Source of the DNA: Paludibacteraceae bacterium
Lineage (GTDB): Bacteria; Bacteroidota; Bacteroidia; Bacteroidales; Paludibacteraceae
Reading direction: 5' to 3'
Assembly (NCBI GenBank): GCA_045641065.1
Contig: JAZUGF010000013.1
Span: forward strand, 1,045-65,044
DNA length: 64,000 nt
Below the pieces are notes generated by a model that saw nothing but the letters and a program-made list of their open reading frames with translations, had not been told where the DNA came from and did no database searches. The translations under genes and the position numbers were made by a program. Of the stretch, positions 34,253 to 42,869 are shown piece by piece; position 1 is the stretch's first letter; every line of letters begins with the position of its first letter.

Positions 34253-35395
34253 ATGAATTATACTGATACAAAGCAACATTATGAGATTTTAGATGGATTA
34301 CGTGGTGTGGCGGCAATTATGGTGGTATTGACGCATATCACGCAAAGTTATGCGAAAGACTTTTTTAGTTTTCCAATTGGTCATGGTTATTTAGCAGTTG
34401 ATTTCTTCTTCGTCCTGTCTGGATTTGTAATAGGTTACGCCTACGATGACCGTTGGAATAAGATGACGACTCTCGATTTCATGAAACGCAGACTCATCCG
34501 TTTGCATCCAATGGTTATTGCCGGATCTGTAATCGGAGCAATCCTATTTTATTTTGCTGATTGTGAAATATATCCGCTTATCCATGACACTAAATGGTGG
34601 ATGTTGCTTATAGCCTTTGTTCTATGTTCGTTGATGATCCCGCTTCCTTACTCTTATGACATACGAATAAGGCAAGAGATGTTCCCGACCAATGGACCAC
34701 AGTGGACCTTGTTCTATGAATATGTGGCTAACATAGTATATGCGTTGGTTTTAAGAAGACTGCCCACAAAAATACTTGTAGCATTGGTAGTCATCGCTGC
34801 TTTTTTCACTATAGATTGGGGTTTAGGCTGGAATGTATTAGACAAACCAGGATACTTCTATATCGGATTATTTGAATTTGGATGGTCAACTAATATTCCG
34901 CATGTTCATGCTGCTTTAGTGCGTTTGTCCTATCCGTTTATTGCAGGATTGTTGCTGTCAAGAACGAAGGCATACATAACACTTAAAGGAGGATTTTGGT
35001 GGTGTGCTTTGATTATAGTGCTTGTACTTTGTTGGCCTCATTTGGGTGGTTATGATCAAACAACATTCTGGTACAACGGTTTTTATGAAACATTGTGCAT
35101 ACTTCTTGTATTTCCACTGGTGGTGTCTATCGGAGCTGGAAGCAGAATGACGGACAAACGTTCAACGCAAATCTGTAATTTTCTGGGAGAGATTTCGTAC
35201 CCAATTTATATCACACATTTTCCGTTAATCTACATTCACGAGAAATGGGTGTTCTTAAATAAGGAGGCTTCATTACCAATAATGATTGGCGAAGCTGTCT
35301 TGGTATTCTGTTTGAGCGTAGGAATCGCCTATGCACTTTACAGATACTACGATCTACCTGTACGAAAGATTCTTAAGAAAAAACTACTAGGATAG
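34253..35395 (+). CDS. Acyltransferase family 3 membrane protein (O-acyltransferase)
   Basis: LDGLRGVAAIMVVLTHI near the N-terminus and ~10 TM helices. The ATG at 34253 is preferred over the TTG at 34247. Confidence 0.8.
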   Translation: MNYTDTKQHYEILDGLRGVAAIMVVLTHITQSYAKDFFSFPIGHGYLAVDFFFVLSGFVIGYAYDDRWNKMTTLDFMKRRLIRLHPMVIAGSVIGAILFYFADCEIYPLIHDTKWWMLLIAFVLCSLMIPLPYSYDIRIRQEMFPTNGPQWTLFYEYVANIVYALVLRRLPTKILVALVVIAAFFTIDWGLGWNVLDKPGYFYIGLFEFGWSTNIPHVHAALVRLSYPFIAGLLLSRTKAYITLKGGFWWCALIIVLVLCWPHLGGYDQTTFWYNGFYETLCILLVFPLVVSIGAGSRMTDKRSTQICNFLGEISYPIYITHFPLIYIHEKWVFLNKEASLPIMIGEAVLVFCLSVGIAYALYRYYDLPVRKILKKKLLG

Positions 35396-35411
35396 CAAGT
35401 TTCATTTAAAG

Positions 35412-35446
35412 ATAAATGCAAAATTAGAGGTGTCTGATGAAGGCAC
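35412..35446 (+). repeat. Partial third copy of the guaA-downstream repeat
   Basis: ATAAATGCAAAATTAGAGGTGTCTGATGAAGGCAC matches copies 1 and 2 but breaks inside the hairpin (…GGCACaccg). Confidence 0.85.
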
Positions 35447-35558
35447 ACCGAAAGTCGTGAAAATATCGCACTTGATATGATCGAGTGTATGAATGCATGG
35501 GAGGCGAAATTATGATTTTTTATCATGGCGGTACGATGGAACGGATAAAAAAATTACA

Positions 35559-36356
35559 ATGCAAAATAATATAATGGGAAGAATAACAATCTTAGTTGCG
35601 TTGCTTTTTATTAATACCTTTTATTCATATTCAAGAGTTATAATAAATGAAGTTATTGAAGGATTGTGTAATTGTAAAGAGTTAGATTGTCAAAAATCAC
35701 ATTTGGCATTAGTAGAGGATTCATTACTAGACGACTTAGGAGATAGTGGACTAGTATATTTATCCCAGTGTATATATACACATGTTGATGTTGATTTATT
35801 ATCCCCACGTTTTAGAACTGCTCTACTTTCAAGTTTAAGGGAAACATATGATTATTTTATAATTGGAATCTTTGAAAAATTGGCAAAAGCAGAATATTCC
35901 TCAGATTTACTTGAAATATATAATAAAAATAAAGGAAGTAGAACTTTGGTTAATGATCTGATGATGGAGAATACTTTGATCAGATGTGGTGAGGAAACTG
36001 TCATGAAAGATAGGTTAAAGTATTTGAAAAAATCAGTAAAGAATGGTAGTCTAGATTTAGCGTTCAATGTGACATTAATAATGTCTCAAATGGTAGCCAA
36101 TAGGGAATTTGTTGAGTTGTTGATGAATAATATCATTGATGACAACCAGCGTCTTGCCTATTGTGGTGAGGATGGAGGGGAATATCAATATTGTTCTTTG
36201 TGTGTACTGTCCATTACTGTTTTGAAAAAAATCATAAAAGATTTTCCTAGAGTCCCTAATGAATGGGAGTTAATTGATTCAAAGGATATAAGTAATGTTC
36301 GACAGTGGTGTCTTGACCATCAACATGATTACCAAATCATTGATTTAGTCAAATAA
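35559..36356 (+). CDS. Hypothetical secreted, probably helical protein
   Basis: AT-rich ORF. A signal-peptide-like N-terminus follows from the ATG at 35559; the start is uncertain (35493/35559/35574). Confidence 0.45.
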   Translation: MQNNIMGRITILVALLFINTFYSYSRVIINEVIEGLCNCKELDCQKSHLALVEDSLLDDLGDSGLVYLSQCIYTHVDVDLLSPRFRTALLSSLRETYDYFIIGIFEKLAKAEYSSDLLEIYNKNKGSRTLVNDLMMENTLIRCGEETVMKDRLKYLKKSVKNGSLDLAFNVTLIMSQMVANREFVELLMNNIIDDNQRLAYCGEDGGEYQYCSLCVLSITVLKKIIKDFPRVPNEWELIDSKDISNVRQWCLDHQHDYQIIDLVK

Positions 36357-36401
36357 AGTTGTAGAAGTTATACATAATAGTTTCTCAAAGAGAGTAAATA
36401 A

Positions 36402-36483
36402 CGTCGCAAAATTTGCGTCATTTTGTCTATTGTTTTGACGATTCGACATTATTTTAGTAATTTCGTCGCAGAATTTGCGACGA
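36402..36483 (+). promoter_or_regulatory. Two near-identical 16-nt palindromic boxes CGTCGCA(A/G)AATTTGCG upstream of the Fic gene
   Basis: The boxes start at ~36402 and ~36464. The second forms the 8-bp inverted repeat TCGTCGCA-GAATT-TGCGACGA. Confidence 0.5.
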
Positions 36484-36521
36484 TAATCGTCTGGTTATGT
36501 CGCATAATGAAGTAAAGTATC

Positions 36522-37814
36522 ATGTATATTCACGAAAGAGATAATTGGACAAACTTCCGTTGGGACGCTTCTCAGGTGTCGGTCCTTCAGGAGAACGTAT
36601 GCCGTAAGCAAGGTTTGCTTTATGGCAGATTGAGTTCGCTTGGCTTTGACAGCAAACTCAAGGCAATGGCTGAGAACTTGACTCACGATGTGGTTTATTC
36701 GTCTGAGATTGAAGGCATACGTCTGAATGTCGATCAGGTTCGTTCTTCGATTGCCAGGAAATTGGGTATTGAAAACGTGAAATATACCGCACCTTCACAT
36801 TATGTTGATTCGGTTGTGGGTGTTATGCTTGAAGCCGTACAGCACTATGATTTGCCTCTTAGCAAAGAGAAACTATGCTCATGGCAAGCGGCTTTCTTTC
36901 CCGCTGGTTTTAGCGAAGGAAGTCAGATTGAGGTTGGCATGTACCGTACAAATGAGGAACATATTGTCAGCGGTATTTTTGGTCGTGAGAAGATTCATTA
37001 TATTGCACCGTCGCCCGAACGTGTAGAAGAGGAAATGCATAAGTTCCTCTGTTGGTTTGATGCGGCTGAACCTGAAAGTAGCATCATTCGTTCTGCAATC
37101 GCACATTTCTGGTTTGTGAGTATTCATCCTTTTGAGGATGGTAACGGACGGTTGGCTCGTATTCTTTCCGATATGCTTTTAGCTCGTGGAGAAAAAAGTG
37201 AGTTCCGCTTCTACAATGTGTCGTCGCAGATCAATAAAGACAAGAATCATTACTATGACATTCTGGAGCGAATGCAGCATGGTGATGGCGACATCACAGA
37301 ATGGTTGGTATGGTACATGCAAAAACTTGTTGAGGCTCTTGACGACGCGGAAACCATCGTCACCACAATTCTCAACAAGAGTTTCTTCTGGCAGAAGGCA
37401 TCGTCTATTCCGATGACAGAGCGACAGACGCAGATGCTCAATCTTTTCCTCGAAGGTTACGAGGCAAAGATTACGTCAAAAACGTGGTCGACGTTGGCTA
37501 AATGCTCGAAGGACACTGCCATACGCGACATTCAGGATCTCGTGGACAAGAACATTCTTATAGAGGACATTCCTGGAGCCAAGCGACCAAACTATTCCAT
37601 TGTATATGATGCGGAGGATCTCACACAATTTTTTAGCGAAGTGAGAATCATTGAGGAAAACGATGTCCCATATTTGAAAGCATTGTACAGAAACAAAAGA
37701 CTGGTAAGTGAGCGAATTCTAAAACTTGATGCAGAGCGATACCAGAAAGGAGATCTGCCACTATCGAATCTGCTTAGCAAATATTGTTCGTATATTGTAG
37801 GTGCCAACAAATAA
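36522..37814 (+). CDS. Fic/DOC family protein (DUF4172-type N-terminus, C-terminal winged helix)
   Basis: Canonical Fic motif HPFEDGNGRLAR. Confidence 0.9.
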   Translation: MYIHERDNWTNFRWDASQVSVLQENVCRKQGLLYGRLSSLGFDSKLKAMAENLTHDVVYSSEIEGIRLNVDQVRSSIARKLGIENVKYTAPSHYVDSVVGVMLEAVQHYDLPLSKEKLCSWQAAFFPAGFSEGSQIEVGMYRTNEEHIVSGIFGREKIHYIAPSPERVEEEMHKFLCWFDAAEPESSIIRSAIAHFWFVSIHPFEDGNGRLARILSDMLLARGEKSEFRFYNVSSQINKDKNHYYDILERMQHGDGDITEWLVWYMQKLVEALDDAETIVTTILNKSFFWQKASSIPMTERQTQMLNLFLEGYEAKITSKTWSTLAKCSKDTAIRDIQDLVDKNILIEDIPGAKRPNYSIVYDAEDLTQFFSEVRIIEENDVPYLKALYRNKRLVSERILKLDAERYQKGDLPLSNLLSKYCSYIVGANK

Positions 37815-37909
37815 TCTGATTATATCATACATTTACACATTTCCACCTCATATTTGCAAGATTCGGAATAGATGTGTAATATCCCGTCGAAATCGTTATC
37901 TTTGCAAGT

Positions 37910-38818
37910 ATGAAGACAATCCTGACAATTACGGGTTCGGATAGCGCCGGTGGAGCCGGTATCCAGGCTGACATCAAGACGATCACTTCTCTTGGTGGCA
38001 AGGCTCTTTCCGTCGTCACTACTCTTACGATGCAGAATACTCTCGGTATCCAGGATTTCTATGATATCCCTGCTGAGATTGTGGAGCGTCAGATCGACGC
38101 GGTGGCTGAGGATATCACTCCTTACGTGTTCAAGGTTGGCCTCGTGCGAAATATCTATACCTTGGAGGCTATTGTCCGCTGTATATCTCGCTATAAACCA
38201 CGTTGGGTGCTTTTTTCTCCCGTCGTCTACTCGAGCCGTGACGAGGTGCTTATCAATGATGAGCTGATCGATAGAATCCAGAAGACGCTTATTCCGTTGT
38301 GCGACGCGTTGGTGGTGCGTGAAAGGGATCATGGCAGATTCGACGCGGAAAAGGTTATTGTCGCCGACGACAGTCACGGACGATGCAACGAACTTTGTTC
38401 GGCGATCGCCACTCTGCTTTGTCAGGATATGAGCCTCGACGACGCTGAAAAAAAGGCTAATTATATGATGCCGACAGAGGTCAATCCAGAGATGTCTGGA
38501 AGATGTATTGCCCTATATAGTAGTTTCGTGAAGATGCAGGAAGATGAGTGTATGAACAGCCACGATGTCAATTACTATGCCTCACGTCTCAACGTCTCTC
38601 CACGTTATCTTTCTCAGGTGACGAGAAGGGTAGCGTCGCAATCACCTAAATCAATTATCGACACTACGCTATTAAACAAAATCCGAGACCTGCTCAAAAC
38701 GGACAAGACTATCCAGGAAATCGCATACCAACTGGAGTTTTCGTCGCAGGCTCATCTTTCCAATTTCTTCAAGCGATTCACGGGAACATCACCGTCGGAA
38801 TATAGAAAGATTAAATGA
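37910..38818 (+). CDS. Fusion of a ThiD-like (HMP/HMP-P kinase family) N-terminal domain and an AraC-type HTH regulator
   Basis: The N-terminus LTITGSDSAGGAGIQADIKT aligns with the start of ThiD. The C-terminal 100 aa (…YYASRLNVSPRYLSQ…QEIAYQLEFSSQAHLSNFFKRFTGTSPSEYR) is an AraC HTH. Confidence 0.8.
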   Translation: MKTILTITGSDSAGGAGIQADIKTITSLGGKALSVVTTLTMQNTLGIQDFYDIPAEIVERQIDAVAEDITPYVFKVGLVRNIYTLEAIVRCISRYKPRWVLFSPVVYSSRDEVLINDELIDRIQKTLIPLCDALVVRERDHGRFDAEKVIVADDSHGRCNELCSAIATLLCQDMSLDDAEKKANYMMPTEVNPEMSGRCIALYSSFVKMQEDECMNSHDVNYYASRLNVSPRYLSQVTRRVASQSPKSIIDTTLLNKIRDLLKTDKTIQEIAYQLEFSSQAHLSNFFKRFTGTSPSEYRKIK

Positions 38819-38981
38819 TTTTAGAACGTAAAATTTTCGGAATTTTATCGTAAATTTTTTTGAATGACACAATAATTTTCGAACCATTTTTTTTGAAAAT
38901 TTTACGTTTTGTAGATGCTATTTATTTGCTTGATTCCATTTGTATATTAATTTTGCGTCATAACAATAGTTTCAATTGTCG

Positions 38982-39533
38982 ATGACTGACAAACTTACTC
39001 CCGAGCAGCGTCATAAATGTATGTCGCACATTAGGGCCAAGGATACGAAGCCCGAGGTTATTGTGCGAAAATGGCTCTGGTCGGAGGGGTATAGATACCG
39101 ACTCTATGTTAAGGGTTTACCTGGCTCGCCTGATATCGTGATGAGGCAATATAAGACGGTGATCTTCATCAACGGCTGTTTTTGGCATGGTCATGATCTT
39201 GGATACAATAAGGAGAATGGGGAGGTGATCGACAGCAAGTGTTGTCGTATTCCGAAATCACGAACCGACTTCTGGGTGCAGAAGATCACTCGTAATATGC
39301 AGCGTGACTATATCAATGTGATGCGCTACAAGAAAGCAGGGTGGCATGTGTTGACAGTTTGGGAATGTCAGTTGAGGGGCAAAGAGCAACAACGTCAGAC
39401 TCTGATGGCTTTGTCCAACAAAATTAATTCCATCATTCTTGATTCCTACCGTGTTCCCAAAACGTATAATTTTGAACCTGAAGCGGAAATGACTATGGTG
39501 GCGGAGGAACCATTTGTTTATGAAAAGAAATGA
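38982..39533 (+). CDS. vsr: Very short patch repair endonuclease
   Basis: RSRNMSAIRSKDTKPE-type N-terminus (KCMSHIRAKDTKPEVIVRKWL), LPGSPDIV, and FINGCFWHGH. Confidence 0.9.
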   Translation: MTDKLTPEQRHKCMSHIRAKDTKPEVIVRKWLWSEGYRYRLYVKGLPGSPDIVMRQYKTVIFINGCFWHGHDLGYNKENGEVIDSKCCRIPKSRTDFWVQKITRNMQRDYINVMRYKKAGWHVLTVWECQLRGKEQQRQTLMALSNKINSIILDSYRVPKTYNFEPEAEMTMVAEEPFVYEKK

Positions 39534-39590
39534 AGTGTTCATTTTTTTTGTATTTTTGTAAAAAAATAAATAAGGATTAGTATTGAATTT

Positions 39591-39899
39591 ATGATTGATA
39601 TTAATGAATTAAGAAAACTCAACTCAATTGATAATTTCGTAGTTACACGACACGCTTTGGAACGTTTATTGTCGAGAAATATATCAATTTTGGAGGTACA
39701 AAAAGTAATTGCAGAAGGAGAGATTATCAAACAATACGAAGAGGACAAACCTTATCCTAGTTGTTTGATTTTGGGCTTAAGTATAGATGATAAGATACTA
39801 CATGTAGTAGTTAGTCATAATGAGGAATCGATTTTCTTAATTACTGCATATTATCCTGATCTTTCTATATGGAATGATAATTTCAAAGTAAAAAAATGA
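39591..39899 (+). CDS. DUF4258-type (RelE/ParE-fold-like) putative toxin
   Basis: 102 aa with VVTRHALERLLSRNISILEVQKVI…LHVVV…LITAYYPD. ATGA overlap with the next ORF. Confidence 0.65.
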   Translation: MIDINELRKLNSIDNFVVTRHALERLLSRNISILEVQKVIAEGEIIKQYEEDKPYPSCLILGLSIDDKILHVVVSHNEESIFLITAYYPDLSIWNDNFKVKK

Positions 39900-40135
39900 A
39901 TATTATGAAATGTTCTCGTTGCGGAAAAGACGCTGTTAAAAGTACAACAACTTTTGTTTCTGATTTAGGAGACGTTTTAGTTGTTATTCGTAATGTTCCT
40001 TGCTATAAATGTGAGGAATGTGGTGAAATTATGTATACAGGAGATGTGGTATTGCATATAGAGAAATTTGTCAATACTGCGAAAGAACTTAAGCAAGAGG
40101 TGTCGATTATTGACTATATGAAGCAAGTGGCATAA
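39896..40135 (+). CDS. YgiT/MqsA-type zinc-finger protein (putative antitoxin, no HTH domain)
   Basis: Two CxxC pairs (CSRCG … CYKCEECGE) in 79 aa. Confidence 0.65.
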   Translation: MNIMKCSRCGKDAVKSTTTFVSDLGDVLVVIRNVPCYKCEECGEIMYTGDVVLHIEKFVNTAKELKQEVSIIDYMKQVA

Positions 40136-40155
40136 TTATCTGTTGGAAAAAGAAT

Positions 40156-40995
40156 ATGAAAAAGACTTTAATTGCGATGTCTGCGGCATTGTCGCTTGCA
40201 GGTTGCGGAAATAAGCAGAATGCTGTGGTGGAGGAGTCTCCAGCGTCGGCTACAAAATCGGTGGTGATCTATTATTCTCAGACGCATGTGACTGAGCAGG
40301 TGGCAAAACTTATCGCTGAGGCTACATCGGCTGACATGGATTCTATCGTGGCTGTGGAGCCATACAACGGCACATTCGAGGAGACTGTCGCTCGTTGTAA
40401 GAAGGAGATGGAGAGTGGAGCTGCTCCTGCCGTTAAGCCTACTAATGTCGACGTCGCTAAATACGATACTGTTTATCTTGGATTCCCAGTGTGGTGCGGA
40501 ATAGCAGCTCAACCTGTAGGCAGCTGGATGAAAAACGTCGACCTATCAGGTAAGGTGGTTGTGCCTTTCTGCACTTTCGGAAGCGGTGGATTGGAGACGA
40601 GTGTGGCTGAACTTAAAAAGGCTGCTCCAAACGCTAAATTCATGAATGGCTACGGTGTGCGTACAATCCGTATCGCTAAGGCTGCTGACGAGGTTAACGA
40701 GTTTCTTATCCGTAGTGGAATCAAGGCAGGGGAGTTGCCAGCAGAAGTTCCATTCGTTGAGAAGAGAAATTTGAACGACGAGGAGAAAGGTATCTTCGAC
40801 GCTGCTTGTGGCGACTATCCTTACCCACTTGGTTCACCAGTTTTGGTTTCGAGTCGTGCGGCAAAGAATGGAACTGAGTACCGCTACATCACAGAGAGCA
40901 AGGATGCAAATGGCAATCCTACTCAGGCTGAGGTGTTTGTGCTTGTAAGTAATGAGGAGGGTGTTGGTCCTGAATTCACAAAGGTTGTAAGATAA
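40156..40995 (+). CDS. Flavodoxin-like lipoprotein with an extra C-terminal domain
   Basis: Lipobox LAGC. VVIYYSQTHVTEQVAKLIAE and YLGFPVWCGIAAQPV are flavodoxin-family features. Confidence 0.6.
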   Translation: MKKTLIAMSAALSLAGCGNKQNAVVEESPASATKSVVIYYSQTHVTEQVAKLIAEATSADMDSIVAVEPYNGTFEETVARCKKEMESGAAPAVKPTNVDVAKYDTVYLGFPVWCGIAAQPVGSWMKNVDLSGKVVVPFCTFGSGGLETSVAELKKAAPNAKFMNGYGVRTIRIAKAADEVNEFLIRSGIKAGELPAEVPFVEKRNLNDEEKGIFDAACGDYPYPLGSPVLVSSRAAKNGTEYRYITESKDANGNPTQAEVFVLVSNEEGVGPEFTKVVR

Positions 40996-40996
40996 T

Positions 40997-41689
40997 ATGA
41001 AAAGAGTCATCGATTTCCTTAAAAATCTTGCTGCCAACAACAATAAGATCTGGTTTGATGCCCATAAAGACGAATATCTTGAGGCTAAGAAGGTGTTTGA
41101 GGATTTCACAGAGCAGTTAATTGCCAAGGTTGAGGCTTTTGATCCGACGGTCAAAGGCCTTGCTGTGAAGGATTGCACCTATCGTATCTATCGCGACGTG
41201 AGATTTAGCAAAGACAAGAGTCCGTACAAGACTCACATGGGATGCTATATCTGTCGTGGTGGAAAGAAATCAGGCTACAGCGGCTATTATTTCCACGTCG
41301 CAACAGAGCAGAGCGACGTCTATCCTTCTGGACATATGATTGCCGTTGGCGATTATTGTATGGAGCCTAAAGCGTTGAATATCTTAAGAGAGGATATTGT
41401 CGACGGTGGGGGAGACTTCAAGGAGATCCTTGATAAACAGGTGGATCCATCTTTCCATCTTGACAAAACTTTCCAACTTAAGCGTCCACCAAAGGGTTAT
41501 GACGACTCCACTCCGTATATCGACTTGGTGAAGTATAAAGTTTACTGCTTGACGAGTGAACCGTCGACAGAGGATGTCCTTTCTCCAACATTGGTCGATG
41601 ATGTGGCGGAGAAATTTAAATCAGCAAAGCCATTCCTTGACTACATCAATCGTGCGATTGAGTTTGTGAAGGAAGGAAACGCGGATTAA
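40997..41689 (+). CDS. DUF2461 (TIGR02453) family protein
   Basis: FLKNLAANNNKIWFDAHKDEY… and YRIYRDVRFSKDKSPYKTH are characteristic of the family. Confidence 0.8.
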   Translation: MKRVIDFLKNLAANNNKIWFDAHKDEYLEAKKVFEDFTEQLIAKVEAFDPTVKGLAVKDCTYRIYRDVRFSKDKSPYKTHMGCYICRGGKKSGYSGYYFHVATEQSDVYPSGHMIAVGDYCMEPKALNILREDIVDGGGDFKEILDKQVDPSFHLDKTFQLKRPPKGYDDSTPYIDLVKYKVYCLTSEPSTEDVLSPTLVDDVAEKFKSAKPFLDYINRAIEFVKEGNAD

Positions 41690-41757
41690 TTTATAATTCA
41701 TAATTCGTAATGAGACGGGGTTGACAACTCTGTCTTTTATTTTAGATGATTATGGCA

Positions 41758-41880
41758 GTTGTCCAATATGAGGATTGTTAAGGGCCCTTTATTATTATTT
41801 GGGCCCTAACCCATCCACACCAACGCGAGCCCGGAGGGCGAGCGTCTAAAAAATAAGAGTGTTTGGACAACACGTATATA
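41758..41880 (+). repeat. Structured intergenic repeat, copy B
   Basis: Same conserved blocks as 31147-31250. The first hairpin is longer (GGGCCC-12 nt-GGGCCC). Perfect 9-bp outer inverted repeat GTTGTCCAA/TTGGACAAC. Confidence 0.8.
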
Positions 41881-41925
41881 ATTACCTTATATATTGCAAT
41901 ATCAGAAATTTGGTAAGTTTATTCA

Positions 41926-42321
41926 ATGAGAAACTTTATAAAGATTATGCCAGAATATGGATGCTTTCCAATTTGGATAGGGACAGACGGTGAAACTTTT
42001 TGGTATGATGAAGAGTCTGTCATGGAGAATCCTGACATTTCTGACCGACTAAACAAATGGAACATGTCTTTCCAAAGAACCTTAAACAATTCCTATCCAC
42101 CAGATTCTTGTTTTGAAAACGCACAACAACTTTACGATTTCGAAATAGAGGGACTTTCTTTATGGAAACTTATCATGTCAAAATATCCCGATTATGTAGT
42201 AGTTTATTATAGTATAGTTTTTAATAAGACTTATGAAGATCCAGAATGCCTATATAGCGATATAGAGAAGTATGATTTTAATAATTCTGAATGGTTAATG
42301 CTCAATCAAGTAATATCTTGA
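41926..42321 (+). CDS. Hypothetical 131-aa W/Y-rich protein
   Basis: Isolated AT-rich ORF. I recognise no family. Confidence 0.45.
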   Translation: MRNFIKIMPEYGCFPIWIGTDGETFWYDEESVMENPDISDRLNKWNMSFQRTLNNSYPPDSCFENAQQLYDFEIEGLSLWKLIMSKYPDYVVVYYSIVFNKTYEDPECLYSDIEKYDFNNSEWLMLNQVIS

Positions 42322-42423
42322 ATTTGAATGTTTACCTATTTTGCAACAAGCGCAATTTTTCGAAATGTTTGATTACCTTTTCGTTTTCGGATTTGGGCGA
42401 TCTAATCTTTAATTTTGTTAAAT

Positions 42424-42729
42424 ATGAGAAAAGAAACATTGGAATTCTTAGAGGCAAATCAAAGTCAAGAACCATCAACATTTGTAGAAGATGCAAAATG
42501 GCGTAAGGAAAATGAAACGTGGCTAAAATGGTCACGCGGAATCGCTTTGTCTATAGTTGATTATATGCAAGCAAACAATCTTAGTCGTTCGGATATTGCT
42601 GAACGACTTGGTGTTTCTCCTCAATATGTAAGTCGTATATTGTCAGGGAATGTCAATTTTTCTTTTAAGAGTGTAGCTGAAATTGAGAAAAAACTTGGTA
42701 TTTCTTGTATGGAGGCAGTTTTGGATTAA
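42424..42729 (+). CDS. XRE-family HTH transcriptional regulator
   Basis: LSRSDIAERLGVSPQYVSRILSGNVNFS is a Cro/C1-type HTH. The ATG at 42424 is preferred over the TTG at 42415. Confidence 0.75.
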   Translation: MRKETLEFLEANQSQEPSTFVEDAKWRKENETWLKWSRGIALSIVDYMQANNLSRSDIAERLGVSPQYVSRILSGNVNFSFKSVAEIEKKLGISCMEAVLD

Positions 42730-42869
42730 TCGTAATTATTAGGACATTTACGCAATTATTAGGAAAAAACAGTCAAAAGCACTACACATAATCTCTTTTT
42801 TACGCATCACTATTTGTATTGAGTAAAATAAGGTTACTTTAGTCGGCGAAAACTTACTACTCTAATAAC

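Noticed and set aside
37820-38377. 185-aa minus-strand ORF, plus a 105-aa plus-strand alternative frame, overlapping the ThiD-like/AraC gene.
   Set aside because: The plus-strand 302-aa frame has clear ThiD and AraC homology. The overlapping frames have no motif support.
42291-42535. 71-aa plus-strand and 67-aa minus-strand ORFs between the 131-aa gene and the XRE gene.
   Set aside because: They overlap each other and the starts and ends of better-supported genes. They have no motif and use unusual starts.
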